Source: Octopus sinensis (Eukaryota). From it: a DNA stretch of 64,000 nucleotides. Below the pieces are notes generated by a model, which saw only the letters and a program-made list of their open reading frames with translations, made no database searches and was not told where the DNA came from. A program made the translations under genes and the position numbers. Numbering within the stretch: the stretch's first letter is position 1; each line of letters starts with the position of its first letter. This document shows positions 12,624 to 25,342 of this stretch, piece by piece. The stretch covers positions 98,518,001 to 98,582,000 of the forward strand of contig NC_043002.1 in NCBI RefSeq assembly GCF_006345805.1. The letters run 5' to 3'.

Positions 12624-13529
12624 AAGGTGTGTATGTATTCTTATGTGTACATGCATATGTCTCTATATATATGTGTGTGTGTGTGTATATATATATATAT
12701 ACTCAGATGCACTTTTTTGTTATAATTAGTGAAGTGAAATAATTGAATGTATATGGCCTGGACTGACTATGAATTAATCCACCTTAATTTCAAACCTGCC
12801 AGAATTACTTCAATATATATTTGGATATAATACTAAATTCTATATACCTCAATTTAAAAATCCGTTGCTTATATGTAGCAGAAACCTTGAGAAGGTTACG
12901 TGAAGTAGACCAATTGCCATCCAACTGCAAAAGAAATCTATCTCACTGTATTGCTATGTAAAATGTACTAAAACACCAGGTCTTAATTCTTGCTTGAGAC
13001 TTATAGCCTATACAGATATTTTTACCACATATTTGACACTCATCTTTTCATTTCCATTTTTATTTTGTCAGTTATTATTTATTCTTTTGTTGGTAGTGTT
13101 ATATAACCCCAGGTCAGCCCTGATCAAGTAGACTCATGATCAAAGGGCTCCTACCCATGATTATCCTATTAAGTTTTTTTGTTTTTTTTTCCAACAGTCT
13201 ACAATACTCAATGTTTTGTTTATATATTTAAGACAGTGTATGTAATTCCTTCCAAATAGTGCTGTGCGAGTTGAGAAGTATTTGACTGTTATATCTTGCA
13301 TGTCATGCACGTTACATACATAGAAGGCCTCTGATTTGCCCGTTTTTGGTATTTGTTATGTTTTGTGTTAGATTACTTACACAATAATATTCTTGGTGGT
13401 GTAGGGGAAGAAGTGGGTAGACTTCTGGTTGCAGGGAAATTTGATTCCGTATGAAGTTTGTGTATGTATGTATGATTGCAATCACTAATGTTACAGAAAC
13501 TATACGTATAATAAATAAATAAATAAATA

Positions 13530-13749
13530 AATAAATAAGTTTGTGTATATATATATATATCTGTTGGTATGTGTATGCATATATATGCAAGTTTGTGTAT
13601 GTATCTGTTTGTATGTATATATATATGTATGTATATATGTGCGTGTGTATATATGTATATGTAGAAATCTATATATTTGTGTATGTTCATATGTATATAT
13701 CTATCTATCTATATATATATGTATATATATATATATGTATGTATATATG

Positions 13750-13780
<31 letters not shown>

Positions 13781-13839
13781 GTATGTATATATATATATAT
13801 ACATACATATATATGTATATATGTATATATATATGTATG

Positions 13840-13872
<33 letters not shown>

Positions 13873-13916
13873 ATATATATATATATATATGTATGTATAT
13901 ATATATATATACATAC

Positions 13917-13949
<33 letters not shown>

Positions 13950-14011
13950 TGTATATATATGTACGTATGTATATATGTATGTATGTATATATATGTACGT
14001 ATGTATATATG

Positions 14012-14043
<32 letters not shown>

Positions 14044-14204
14044 TTATATATATATATATATATATTATGTATGTATATATATATTATGTATATATGTATA
14101 TATATATATATGTATATATCTATCTATCTATATATATATATATATATATATATGTATTATATATATATGTATATATATGTATGTATATATATATATATAC
14201 ATAC

Positions 14205-14237
<33 letters not shown>

Positions 14238-14327
14238 TGTATATATATGTACGTATGTATATATGTATGTATGTATATATATGTACGTATGTATATATGT
14301 ATGTATGTGTATATATATGTACGTATG

Positions 14328-14361
<34 letters not shown>

Positions 14362-14501
14362 GATATATATGTATGTATATATGTATATATATATATGTAT
14401 GTATGTGTATATATATATATATGTATATACATACATGCACACACATATATACATATATATATAGATATATTTATACATACATGCACACAAACATATATAC
14501 C

Positions 14502-14533
<32 letters not shown>

Positions 14534-14545
14534 ATATATATGTAA
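13530..14545. repeat. ~1 kb compound (TA)n/(TATG)n microsatellite field
   Basis: Direct reading; source of the long YI/IYIY ORFs. Confidence 0.97.
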
Positions 14546-15075
14546 AATCTATTCCATAGATGTTTGGAAGGAATTACATACACGCTGCTGGGCTTTGAGA
14601 ATTCTGATTTTGTTATATTTGATGTACAGCAAATGTAATGCTGACAATTCATTCTGAAATTGGTGTTGCTTTAAAGGCTTGTTTCTTTCTCATTCTTCTT
14701 CTTCTTCTTCTTTCTCTTCTCTTTTTTTCTTTTTTTTTTTAGTTGAGTTGCAATAAGGATGAATGACATGAAAAAATGTACGTGTGTGGTCTTTTTCTTT
14801 GTGAAATAAGTTGAATTTGGTTCATATTATTAGGTAATCAGAGCCCCATTGTAATACTTGGAAGCATAAATGTAGGTATGTGCGTGTAAGTACGAGTGTG
14901 TGCAAAAATATTTATGCATCTATATATATATATATGTATGTGAAAAAAAAGTACGTCTGTATTTTCATCTATGCTTAAAGGTATATGTACTCTTATGTAA
15001 ATGCATACATCTATACATAAAAGTGTTGCTGTATACATTACATACATGTGTTTATATCTACATACATATACATAC

Positions 15076-15098
15076 TCACATATGTAATTGTATGTATG

Positions 15099-15149
<51 letters not shown>

Positions 15150-15169
15150 ATGTATGTATATGTGTATGT

Positions 15170-15200
<31 letters not shown>

Positions 15201-15682
15201 TATGTATGTATATGTGTATGTATGTATATGTATGTATATGTATATATATATGTATGTATATATGTATATATATATGTATGTATATATGTATATATATATG
15301 TATGTATATATATATATGTATATGTATGTATGTATATATATATATGTATATGTATGTATGTATATATATATGTATGTATGTATATATATGTATATATATA
15401 TGTATGTATGTATATATATGTATATATATATGTATGTATGTATATATATGTATATATATATGTATATATGTATGTATATATATGTATATATATATGTATG
15501 TATGTATATATATGTATATATATATGTATATATGTATGTATATATATGTATGTATGTATATATATGTATATATATTATATATATACATCTCTATGTATAT
15601 ATAATTATACATGTCTGTATATATGTATTATGTATATATATAAATACACACACACACACACACACCACACACACACACACAC

Positions 15683-15740
<58 letters not shown>
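15076..15740. repeat. Compound (TA)n/(TATG)n/(CA)n microsatellite field
   Basis: Direct reading. Confidence 0.97.
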
Positions 15741-16370
15741 ACACACACATATGTGGCTACACCCACACAAGTGCAGGTGAGTGTACTTGTCTTTGTTGTA
15801 TCTGCTTATATTCATTTCTGAACATAGTTGTTGTGTGTTTGCATGAAAATGCATGACAATGAATAATATCTTGATATTATAGATATGGCTCAACTCAGCA
15901 TGACTGGGTACTTAAACAAGCAGGAGAAGAGTTAACCTTTCCAAGATAACTGTGTCCAAAGGTTAAGTTTCCTGTATTGGTTCAAATGAGATGAATGACT
16001 CAAAAATGTCAAATTGGCTATCTAATATCTCTGGTGTTTCTCCATTTACCATATTGTACTTCTGCTGATTAAATAATTCTGTTCATACCTATGTCCCTTT
16101 TTTTATTATGTCTGCATGCCATTCAGGTGAGTGAGGTTCTGTCGTTTAGACATTTACCTCATAACATTATAGTTGCAGGTTCAATCTCATTTTGTTGGCT
16201 TTCAGGCCGGTATCTTCTATACTATAGCTTTGGATTAGCCAATGGCATCTAAAGAGAATTTGGTGGGTGACAACTGTGTAGAAGAATTGTTTGCTTATCT
16301 GTTTGTTTTACTGTTTATCTGTCTGCCTGCTTCTGTGTGTGCTTTTCATGTGGTGTCTGCACTAGTGCTT

Positions 16371-16408
<38 letters not shown>

Positions 16409-16415
16409 ATATATA

Positions 16416-16578
16416 GGCGCAGGAGTGGCTGTGTGGTAAGTAGCTTGCTAACCAACCACATGGTTCCGGGTTCAGTCCCACTGCATGGCATCTTGGGCAA
16501 GTGTCTTCTGTTATAGCCCCGGGCCGACCAATACCTTGTGAGTGGATTTGGTAGATGGAAACTGAAAGAAGCCTGTCG

Positions 16579-16617
<39 letters not shown>

Positions 16618-16824
16618 TTTTGTGTGTCTATGTTTGTCCCCCTAGCATTGCTTGACAACCGATGCTGGTGTGTTTACGTCCCCGTCACTCAGTGGTTCGG
16701 CAAAAGAGACTGATAAAATAAGTACTGGGCTTACAAAGAATAAGTCCCGGGGTCGATTTGCTCGACTAAAGGCGGTGCTCCAGTATGGCCGCAGTCAAAT
16801 GAGTGAAACAAGTAAAAAAAAAAA
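16416..16824 (+). mobile_element. SINE family A, full length (tRNA head, CORE-like domain, internal (TA)n)
   Basis: GGCGCAGGAGTGGCTGTGTGGTAAG...GGGTTCAGTCCC...CTTGGGCAAGTGTCTTC...GAAACAAGTAAAA; sits directly after (TA)n. Confidence 0.92.
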
Positions 16825-16989
16825 TATATATGTATATATATGATTGTGGAGGGAGCATGTGGAAAGGATAGATCCAAGATGTGGGACAAAGTGATGAGAA
16901 AGCTCTTCAACAGGGGACTGAGATACTGAGATTCCTGGTGGTTTGCTGTGCTTGAGAAGAGATGTCAAGCTAAGTAAAATCACGTTTGT

Positions 16990-17252
16990 CCCCTGTGTCC
17001 CTCTTCAGCTGAGCATTCCTAATCTTGTGGGCTTGTGGGTTGCTGGTGCCACGTAAAAAGCATCTGTACTAGTGCCATGTAAAATCACCCATGCCAGTGC
17101 ACTCTGTAAAATGGTTGGCATTAGGAAGGACATCCAGTTGTAAAAACCATGCCAAAACAGACATGGAGCCCTGGCGGCTCTTCAGCTGGACAACTCCTGT
17201 CAAACTGTCCAACCCATGCCAGCATAGAAAACACATGTTAAATGGTGATGAA
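16990..17252 (+). mobile_element. Older diverged RTE-tail element
   Basis: GGTTGGCATTAGGAAGGACATCCAG...CCAACCCATGCCAGCATAG...GGTGATGA. Confidence 0.7.
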
Positions 17253-17378
17253 GGTCAGTTGTTCAAAACTCTGAAAAAAAAAAAAAAATTCTAAAAGATC
17301 TTTTTGAAGTGTTGTGTTATGTCTCTGACTAATTACATTTGGCATTTTCAAAGAAGAGGGAATGCAATACAGGATTAA

Positions 17379-17598
17379 CCCTTTCGTTACTGTATTTATT
17401 TTGAGATGCTCTGTGTTTCTTTCAATTATTTTAAATATAACAAAGAATTTACTAAAATAACTTAATTATCATTAAGCTAGTGTTAGGAACATAAATTGTG
17501 ACTAAGGTTTGGTGGAAGATTTTAATTCAAAACTTATGAAAATAAGACATTTTACCACAGAGCCAGAGCCGGTTTTGGCCGGGTTAATAACAAAAGGG
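17379..17598. mobile_element. piggyBac-type MITE (220 bp)
   Basis: TTAA|CCCTTTCGTTA ... TAACAAAAGGG|TTAA: TTAA TSD at 17375-78 and 17599-602; 11-bp TIR with one mismatch. Confidence 0.85.
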
Positions 17599-17966
17599 TT
17601 AAATGGAAACTCTTGGAATAACCTGATGATGCAAACTCTGCTTGACCAAGAAGGGAAAGATCCTAAAAAATTCACTTTATCTGGGAGCCATCCTAAATTC
17701 AAAAAGTTATGTGCTTAAGTCAGTGTTTTCTTGAGGGAAAATTTGTGTGGGAGACCTGGATTTCTCTGCTTGCTAACCCTTTTCAGATACAGCTAGAACT
17801 ATTGACAGGAAGATTACTCTATCATGCTCAGAAATGGTTTCCACTTTGTAGAATTTCATTTCAGGGGTTCTTTTCACTATGTTGTTAACCAAGACTGTAT
17901 TCTTACCTCCATTAGTAAAGAGGTTATGTGCCTCTGGCCATCAGGTCTGATGAGTCACCTGATGAG

Positions 17967-18205
17967 TCAACTGGGGTCTGTGAAGCCAGAAGGCTGCATC
18001 AGGCCCAGTCTGATCTGTCAGTGTTTCTACGACTGGATGCCCTTCCTAACACCAACCACTCCGTGAGTGTAGTGGGTGCTTTTTTACGTGCCATCTGCAC
18101 AGGTGCAAGACGGAGCTGGCAAACGGCCACGAACGGATGGTGCTTTTACATGCCACCGGCACGGGGGCCAGGCGAGGCTGGCAACAGCCACGAACGGATG
18201 GTGCT
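17967..18205 (-). mobile_element. Family R fragment lacking its tail
   Basis: CTGGATGCCCTTCCTAACACCAACCACTCCGTGAGTGTAGTGGGTGC plus A and B units. Confidence 0.85.
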
Positions 18206-18208
18206 ACT

Positions 18209-18242
<34 letters not shown>

Positions 18243-19182
18243 GATGTGTGTGTGTGTGTATTAGTGTGTAAATAAAAGCTTAAGTAGCAAAAATTCTATT
18301 CATTATAAAATATTATATCTCTCCCTGCCATAAACTAGCTGTATATCATAAACAAAAAACAAGATAAATAAATAATCCTAATAGCCAATGCATATTTATA
18401 TGTATGCTTGTATTTAGGAAAGTGTGTGTCTATGTATACACTTGCGTGTAAATATGCATCTGTGTATGCCAGCATCTGTGCATATACACATACATATCTA
18501 CAATTCTACAGTTCTATGTTGTCAGTCACTTCCTCACAAATATGAAATATTAAAATCTATTATACAAGATGACTGCACATAGAATAAGCAGAAACAAAAT
18601 GATACAGCCATAATTATTACCAATGTCATCGTGACTTAAATTTTAAATACCAATGTCATTATGACCTTAGTAATATAATTAATATAATTACCACTGTCAT
18701 CCGCATCTTAGTATAGTTAATCTACAGTTTCATTCTGGAGTATTGTTACTAAATATTGGGATTAAGAATACAATAATAGACCCTATGTAAGGGCTATTAC
18801 TGATCCCTTTTCCTTCCACTCGTATAATATGCACTAATGTTTAGTACATCACTTCTTTCTCAAACACTGAGAGAAAGAAACGTTCTGGTAACTTCTCTCT
18901 GTTTTTGGCACTGATTGTTTTTGTAAAGGTTAACTGTTCATATGTGATGGGGTGGAGGAGATAAAGGAGAGGTCAAGCTTTTGATGTAAGTTAATAATTA
19001 ACTAATTTTATGTGACTCTGATTTTAGTCTCTTCCTGACCTCATGCCGCTGACCTAAGTAGTACCATTTGCTCTGTGTCGTCTTGCTTGTATTGTCCACC
19101 TGTTGTGTGAAAAAGAATTACAACTGGTAGACTAAGTCAGCAGACGGGAAGTTGTTTCTCTCTCTTACATCATACACATGGG

Positions 19183-19747
19183 ATGCACACACCACACATG
19201 CATGCACACACCACACACCACACACACATGCACACACCACACACACATGCACACACCACATATGCATGCACACACCACACATGCATGCACACACCACACA
19301 TGCATGCACACACCACACACACATGCACACACCACATTTGCATGCACACACCACATATGCATGCACACACCACACACGCATGCACACACCACACATGCAT
19401 GTACACACCACACACGCATGTACACACCACACACACATGCACACACCACACATGCATGCACACACCACATATGCATGCACACACCACACACACATGCACA
19501 CACCACACACACATGCACACACCACACACACATGCACACACCACATATGCATGCACACACCACACATGCATGCACACACCACACACGCATGCACACACCA
19601 CACACGCATGTACACACCACACACGCATGTACACACCACACACGCATGCACACACCACACACGCATGCACACACCACACATGCATGCACACACCACACAC
19701 GCATGCACACACCACACGCATGCACACACCACACACACATGCATGCA
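19183..19747. repeat. 19-bp minisatellite, ~29 copies, consensus near GCACACACCACACATGCAT
   Basis: Direct reading; the ORF translations repeat every 19 aa (3 x 19 nt) in all frames. Confidence 0.92.
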
Positions 19748-20082
19748 CATAAACACCCCGAGGCACGTACATATTTGTACTGCTTTCCTGACTGCAACTC
19801 TGCTGGGACATCATTCTCAAAATTTTGTATCAATCATATCTAAACTAGTATTTACTTAGCCTGCTACTCCTTTTATAAATTTCCTTATCATATTGTCCAG
19901 TTTAATTGTATAATTTCATTTGGTCAGCCAAAAACAAACTGGATAAAACTTCAAGTTTCAGCAAATGCCTTGTCTATATCGTCAGTCAACCATTTTGGCC
20001 AGAGAGTGTACAATGTTCTACAGCAAAATATACATATACATGCTGTACAAAAAATATACAATGATGTATGCAATGTTTTGGT

Positions 20083-20380
20083 CATCATCATTATCATCAT
20101 CATCATCATCATCATCGTTTAGCGTTCGCTTTCCATGCTAGCATGGGTTGGACGGTTCAGCTGGGGTCTGGGAAGCCAGAAGGCTGCACCAGGCCCAGTT
20201 TGATCTGGCAATGTTTCTACGGCTGGATGCCCTTCCTAACGCCAACCACTCCATGAGTGTAGTGGGTGCTTTTTACGTGCCACCGTCACAGGTGCCGGAC
20301 GAGTCTGGCAAACGGCCATGATCAGATGGTGCTTTTTATGTGCCACCGGCACGGGGGCCAGGCGAGGCTGGCAATGGCCA
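20083..20380 (-). mobile_element. Family R copy with (ATC)n tail
   Basis: (ATC)n-GTTTAGCGTTCGCTTTCCATGCTAGCATGGGTTGGACGG... Confidence 0.88.
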
Positions 20381-21229
20381 GACTTGTCTGTTGCATTGGT
20401 TACTTGAAATATGTTGAATTACTGGCTTGTGGATTACATTGGTCATCTGAGATATAGATTACAGGTTTTTGATTTCATATGGACGTGACTTATTATTGTT
20501 GTTGTTGCTTACCTCTTGGCCAGCTTTCATGGATAAAAATCTCTAGATAAAGGACTTCCAGTCTTAACTATTCTATCCTGTTTATGTACATAATGTGTCT
20601 AGGATGTCCATTTTTTTTTATCAGCATGTCCATTTTTTTTTATCATTTATTGAAGTTAGTAGGGTGTACTCTGAGGGTGCAATCATAGGCATGTACTAGA
20701 CTGTTTGTTCCACAAAAAAAAAAAAAAAGTTTATAAATGCAATATATTTGTTAGCAACAGGAGAGAATTTTAATGTTTTTCTAATGGAGGACTCTGCTGG
20801 AAATGTCAACATTCCATTCTCACAGCACATGTGTATTCCATTTGCACATTTATTGAACTGAGTTTTGCTGACACAGACCACCAGTAAGTAGTTCCTGTAG
20901 ACAGTAATTTTTGTTCAACTTCGAGTTCACCCTGACTGAGTACACTTATTATCGAGGTCATTCTAGCTGTAACCATCACATCTATTTCGTTTTTGTTTCT
21001 TTTCTATTGTGAAGTAAAGTATTTCTGAGACTACATTATTTAATGTGTTTTTTTTTTTTTTTTATAGTAGTGGGAGGTGATCTCGAGGCCATTTGGTTGC
21101 TATTTGTAGTGGGTTCGTTTTGTAATTGCATAGTTTCTGGTTTGATTCTCACTGTGGTGCCCCGTTTCAAAAATGTCTTCTATCATACCCTTGAGTTGAG
21201 AAATACCTCATGAGTGAAACGTAGTTGAC

Positions 21230-21960
21230 AGAAACTGTATGGAAGCGAGCTGTATAAGGTATTATACCTTATACGGCGAGCTTAAAAGGCGGCGAGCTGG
21301 CAGAAACGTTAGCACGCCTGGCGAAATGCTTAGCGGAATTTTGTCTGCCGTTACGTTCTGAGTTCAAATTCCGCCAAGGTCAACTTTGCCTTTCATCCTT
21401 TCGGGGTCGATTAAATAAGTACCAGTTACGCACTGGGGTCGATATAATCGACTTAATCCGTTTGTCTGTCCTCTCTGTGTTTAGCCCCTTGTGGGTAGTA
21501 AAGAAATAGGTATTTTACCTTATACAGTGTCATTCTGGAGTATTGTTACTAAATATTGGGATTAAGAATACAATAATAAACCCTATGTAAGGGCTTTAAC
21601 TGATCCTTTTACCTTACACTCATACAATATGCACTAATGTTTAGTACATCACTTCTTTCTGAAACACTGAGAGAAAGAAACCGCCTTATACAGTATAAGG
21701 AAACTGTATAAGGTGGTGAGCTGGCAGAAACGTTAGAACGCCGGGCGAAATGCTTAGCGGTATTTCGTCTGCCGTAAAGTTCTGAGTTCAAATTCCGCCA
21801 AGGTCGATTTTTACCTTTCATCCTTTCGAGGTCGATAAATTAAGTGCCAGTTACACACTGGGGTCGATGTAATCGACTTAATCACTTTGTCTGTCCTTGT
21901 TTGTCCCCTCTATGTTTAGCCCCTTGTGGGCAATAAAGAAATAAGAAACTGTATGGAAGC
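21230..21960 (+). mobile_element. Composite insertion: two family M SINEs (21288-21515, ~21712-21945) flanking a captured local fragment, inside a 17-bp TSD
   Basis: AGAAACTGTATGGAAGC at 21230-46 and 21944-60; 21531-21681 is a diverged copy of 18731-18881. Confidence 0.85.
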
Positions 21961-22567
21961 CTGTTATATGCAAGTGCATTTGTTTCTGTGAGTGTGTTTG
22001 CATGTAATGGACTTTCCTGTTGTAGATAGCATATGAGAATTCCCTAAATTCTTGATGAACAACCTGTACAGATGATTTGTTTATATTGATGAAATGTTTG
22101 TACTGTACATTAGCTCCCTGCCTCCCCTAATAGGTTGTCATTGTGTGTACAGGTGCATGATGTGCTTCTGTTGTGGGATGTGACCTGGAGGCTATTTGGT
22201 AGCTATTTGTAGTGGGATAACCAATTGCTTAGGGCACTTGCTTCTGGATTTGCCCTGACTGTAATCCAGTGATTTTTAATCTCTTGAACTATATGAGACA
22301 ATGAAGATTAAGCAAAAATTCCTGAGGCAATTCTAACAAAAATTTAAAATAAAAAAGCAACTTTGTTTTAAGGATAAAAATGAAGAAAACTATTATAATT
22401 ACAATGTGTAGAACATTTATTATGTATATATAAATGTTGAATAGCACTAGCTGCAATGTTTTGTTTCAGAGAAACTTCACAAGAAACAAGTGTATTAAAA
22501 ATACAGGGCTCACAAAGAATGCCAATGGTAGATTGTCAGTGTTCCAACTTCATTTTTGTCTACTCAG

Positions 22568-22668
22568 TTACAAACACACCTGAATATTCTGAGTTAGCTG
22601 AAAAATATTTGTTCCAGTATAGAAATTGTCAAACAAAATATTCACTGATTTGTGTGAAAATCAACCAG
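22568..22668 (+). CDS. Tentative 101-nt internal exon (VTNTPEYSELAEKYLFQYRNCQTKYSLICVKINQ)
   Basis: Acceptor TTTTTGTCTACTCAG, donor CAG|GTGAGA, only one open frame (phase 1 to 0). No family recognised. Confidence 0.25.
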
Positions 22669-23224
22669 GTGAGAATTGAATTAAAATATATGCTTTTGAA
22701 ATAGCACTAGACTAAAAACTGATGTGGATAACATTGTAATGTACATACAAATGTGGAATAGCACTAGCTGTAATATTTTTACCTCAGAGAAACTTCTCAA
22801 AGAGAGTTTGGTATTAAAAATATTGAGGGTTCACTCAGGATTCTATCATCAGATCATCAGACATGGTATTTTAACTTCGTTTTCTCTCCTTGGAGATGAA
22901 CATCCCCTGACATTCTAAGCTAAGCCACCAGGTTTCTGGTCTAATCTCTTTGTCCACTTCTTCCTTTTCAGATGAGAAAACAGTGCAAAATATATCTTCA
23001 TAGGCATTGTAAAAAGCCTACTGATACGTTCATGTGTAAATACATGCATGAATGAGATGTATGTAGTTGACATGAGTGAGCTCACAATATTTGTACCTCT
23101 TGTCTAGTACTGTATTCATTTAGCTGTTTCATAGACTTAAAAATCTACTGTAGCTTCAGATTGATCAATGCCTTGCAAGTGGAGTTTGATAGATAGAAAC
23201 TGTACAGAAGCCTGCCATGCCTAT

Positions 23225-23269
<45 letters not shown>

Positions 23270-23591
23270 TGTGCGTGCGCGTGCATGTGTGTGTTTGTAT
23301 ATATTTCAGTGTAAAATGATGTGTCCCTTTTTATCAGTAAGGTAACATAGCTATAGAGATGAATAAAATATGAGATTGAAATAAGTACTGGGGTTGATAT
23401 GACTGACTAAAACCATTGATGATGGTGCCCCAGGCTGGCCATAGTCCAATGGCTGAAGATAGTAAAGCAATAAAAAAATATATATGCATACATTCTTGTA
23501 AAAACAAATTAAGAAAAATAAGCATTTTTTGATTTTTAAATCAACAATGTTTGAATAACGAACTTGCATTCTGTTATTGATTTATAATTAT

Positions 23592-23632
<41 letters not shown>

Positions 23633-24109
23633 CAAGCATATATATACATCCACCCACACGAAAAAGGTTATCTTTCCTGAACTAATCTTTTGTTTGAATA
23701 TCATTCTCATCTTTGTACACCTCTCGCTATTTACTCCTACGCTTTTCTTTGTTTGCAACCAGCTGTCACAGACTGCTATTTCGTCCCACAGGAACTCTAC
23801 CGAATTCTTTGTTAACTTACTGAAAGTCTTTACACCCCTTTACCATATGTACCCATTCTTATCTTTGATGGTCTTGTTTTTTTTTTTTATATATTTGTAC
23901 TTCCTTTCTAGCTGTCTATGATGTATGTAACATGCATAAATGCACAGATGTCATCGCATTTAACTAGATATATGTATGCACCAGCTTACAAAGACGCAAG
24001 GGCATACATATAATATTCTTGTATATAAATATGAGTGTATATAAGTGTGTCTGTGTATATGTATACTACACACGTGCACACTACTTCTGTCTTTCTCTCT
24101 CCTACTTGT

Positions 24110-24148
<39 letters not shown>

Positions 24149-24517
24149 ACCTATATAGTGACTTTGGAATAGTATTGCACAATCTTTATCCTTTGTTTGG
24201 TCATGTAACTTCTCCACACTTAAGTTACCTGAAGCAGAAAGAAATAAAATAAATTATAATTATAAAAACAAAATTAATTTAAATTTTAACATAAAAAATG
24301 ACTTAGGTACAACTGTATACAGATATATGTGTGTGTGTGTTGTGTGTGTGGTTGAAAAACTGCAACCAACTGCTTTCAGACTTTGTTCCACTGCGCTGCA
24401 TTTTGGATGAATGTCTTTGACTATATAGCTCTTTGCTAATCTATGTGGTTGGGAAAAACTATGCAGACGTTTGTTGTATTATATCTGTCTGTCGATTCAT
24501 ACATGTGTGTGTATGTG

Positions 24518-24565
<48 letters not shown>

Positions 24566-24786
24566 TATGTATGTCTATGTGTATGTTTGTCTCTTGCTGT
24601 TTGGCAAAAAGGAACTGATATAATAGGTTTGTTTGGTTTGGTTGGTTAAAGCCTTCAAGGCAGTACTCAAACATTACCACAGTCCAATGACTTCAGCAAA
24701 TAAATGGATAAGAGAAAGAAATAGTCCATACATACACGCATGCACACACAATAATGATGATAATAATAATAATAATAATAATAAAA

Positions 24787-25342
24787 AATGCCCTGATTCA
24801 GTACCAGGTAGTGGCTCTCATGGCTTCTGATTTTAACTGATTAGAAGTGTTATCATGTAAATTGTTTTGTCTTGGTATAAAAGATGGGCTACAGCAAATA
24901 TTCTGCTCAGTACTGATTTGCTTGTCAGTTGTTTGATCTTAACCAGTTGACACCATGTCCCTTTGTGGCTTACGATATGTGCATCTCTGATCATGAGCAG
25001 AAGTAGTGGGGGAGCATCATGGCCATGTGTTGAAAGGAATTCTTAGAGGTTTGGATAATTCACCTTTGGAAACATGGGTATTTTGTTCAACATCCTTAAA
25101 CAACCCTTATTCAGGGACCTTTTGAGCAGGATGGGCTACTCGACCAGAAGAAAATTTTAACTGGGCCCCACCTGCAAGGTCATTCACTGTTTATCTTGAT
25201 ATGAGATTACCATGTTCTGCACATATGGTTGTGATGCATGTGCCTGGTGTACCCTTATCAGATGGGTAGTCATGATGAGTATACTGGGCTTTGTATATTT
25301 TACCCCAGTGTCACTTTGATGGCATGCACTGCTCTCTCACTC
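24787..25342 (+). mobile_element. ~550-bp retroposon-like element with (AAT)n tail (family T)
   Basis: Homologous to 25886-26391 and 26424-26930; all end CACTC(AAT)n, and the other two are 5'-truncated relative to this one. Confidence 0.75.

Noticed and set aside
13541-15821. Long ORFs of 170-338 aa (YIYI/VCVC type), and similar ones at 1087-1450, 2935-3460, 4893-5494, 36374-37004 and 44054-44480
   Set aside because: Stop-free translations of (TA)n, (TATG)n and (CA)n; open in many frames on both strands.
17946-17970. CTGATGAG twice (hammerhead-core-like)
   Set aside because: No stem II-GAAA or closing stems follow.
19118-19859. His/Cys-rich ORFs resembling metal-binding proteins
   Set aside because: All six frames are open because of a 19-bp minisatellite; there is no frame-specific signal.
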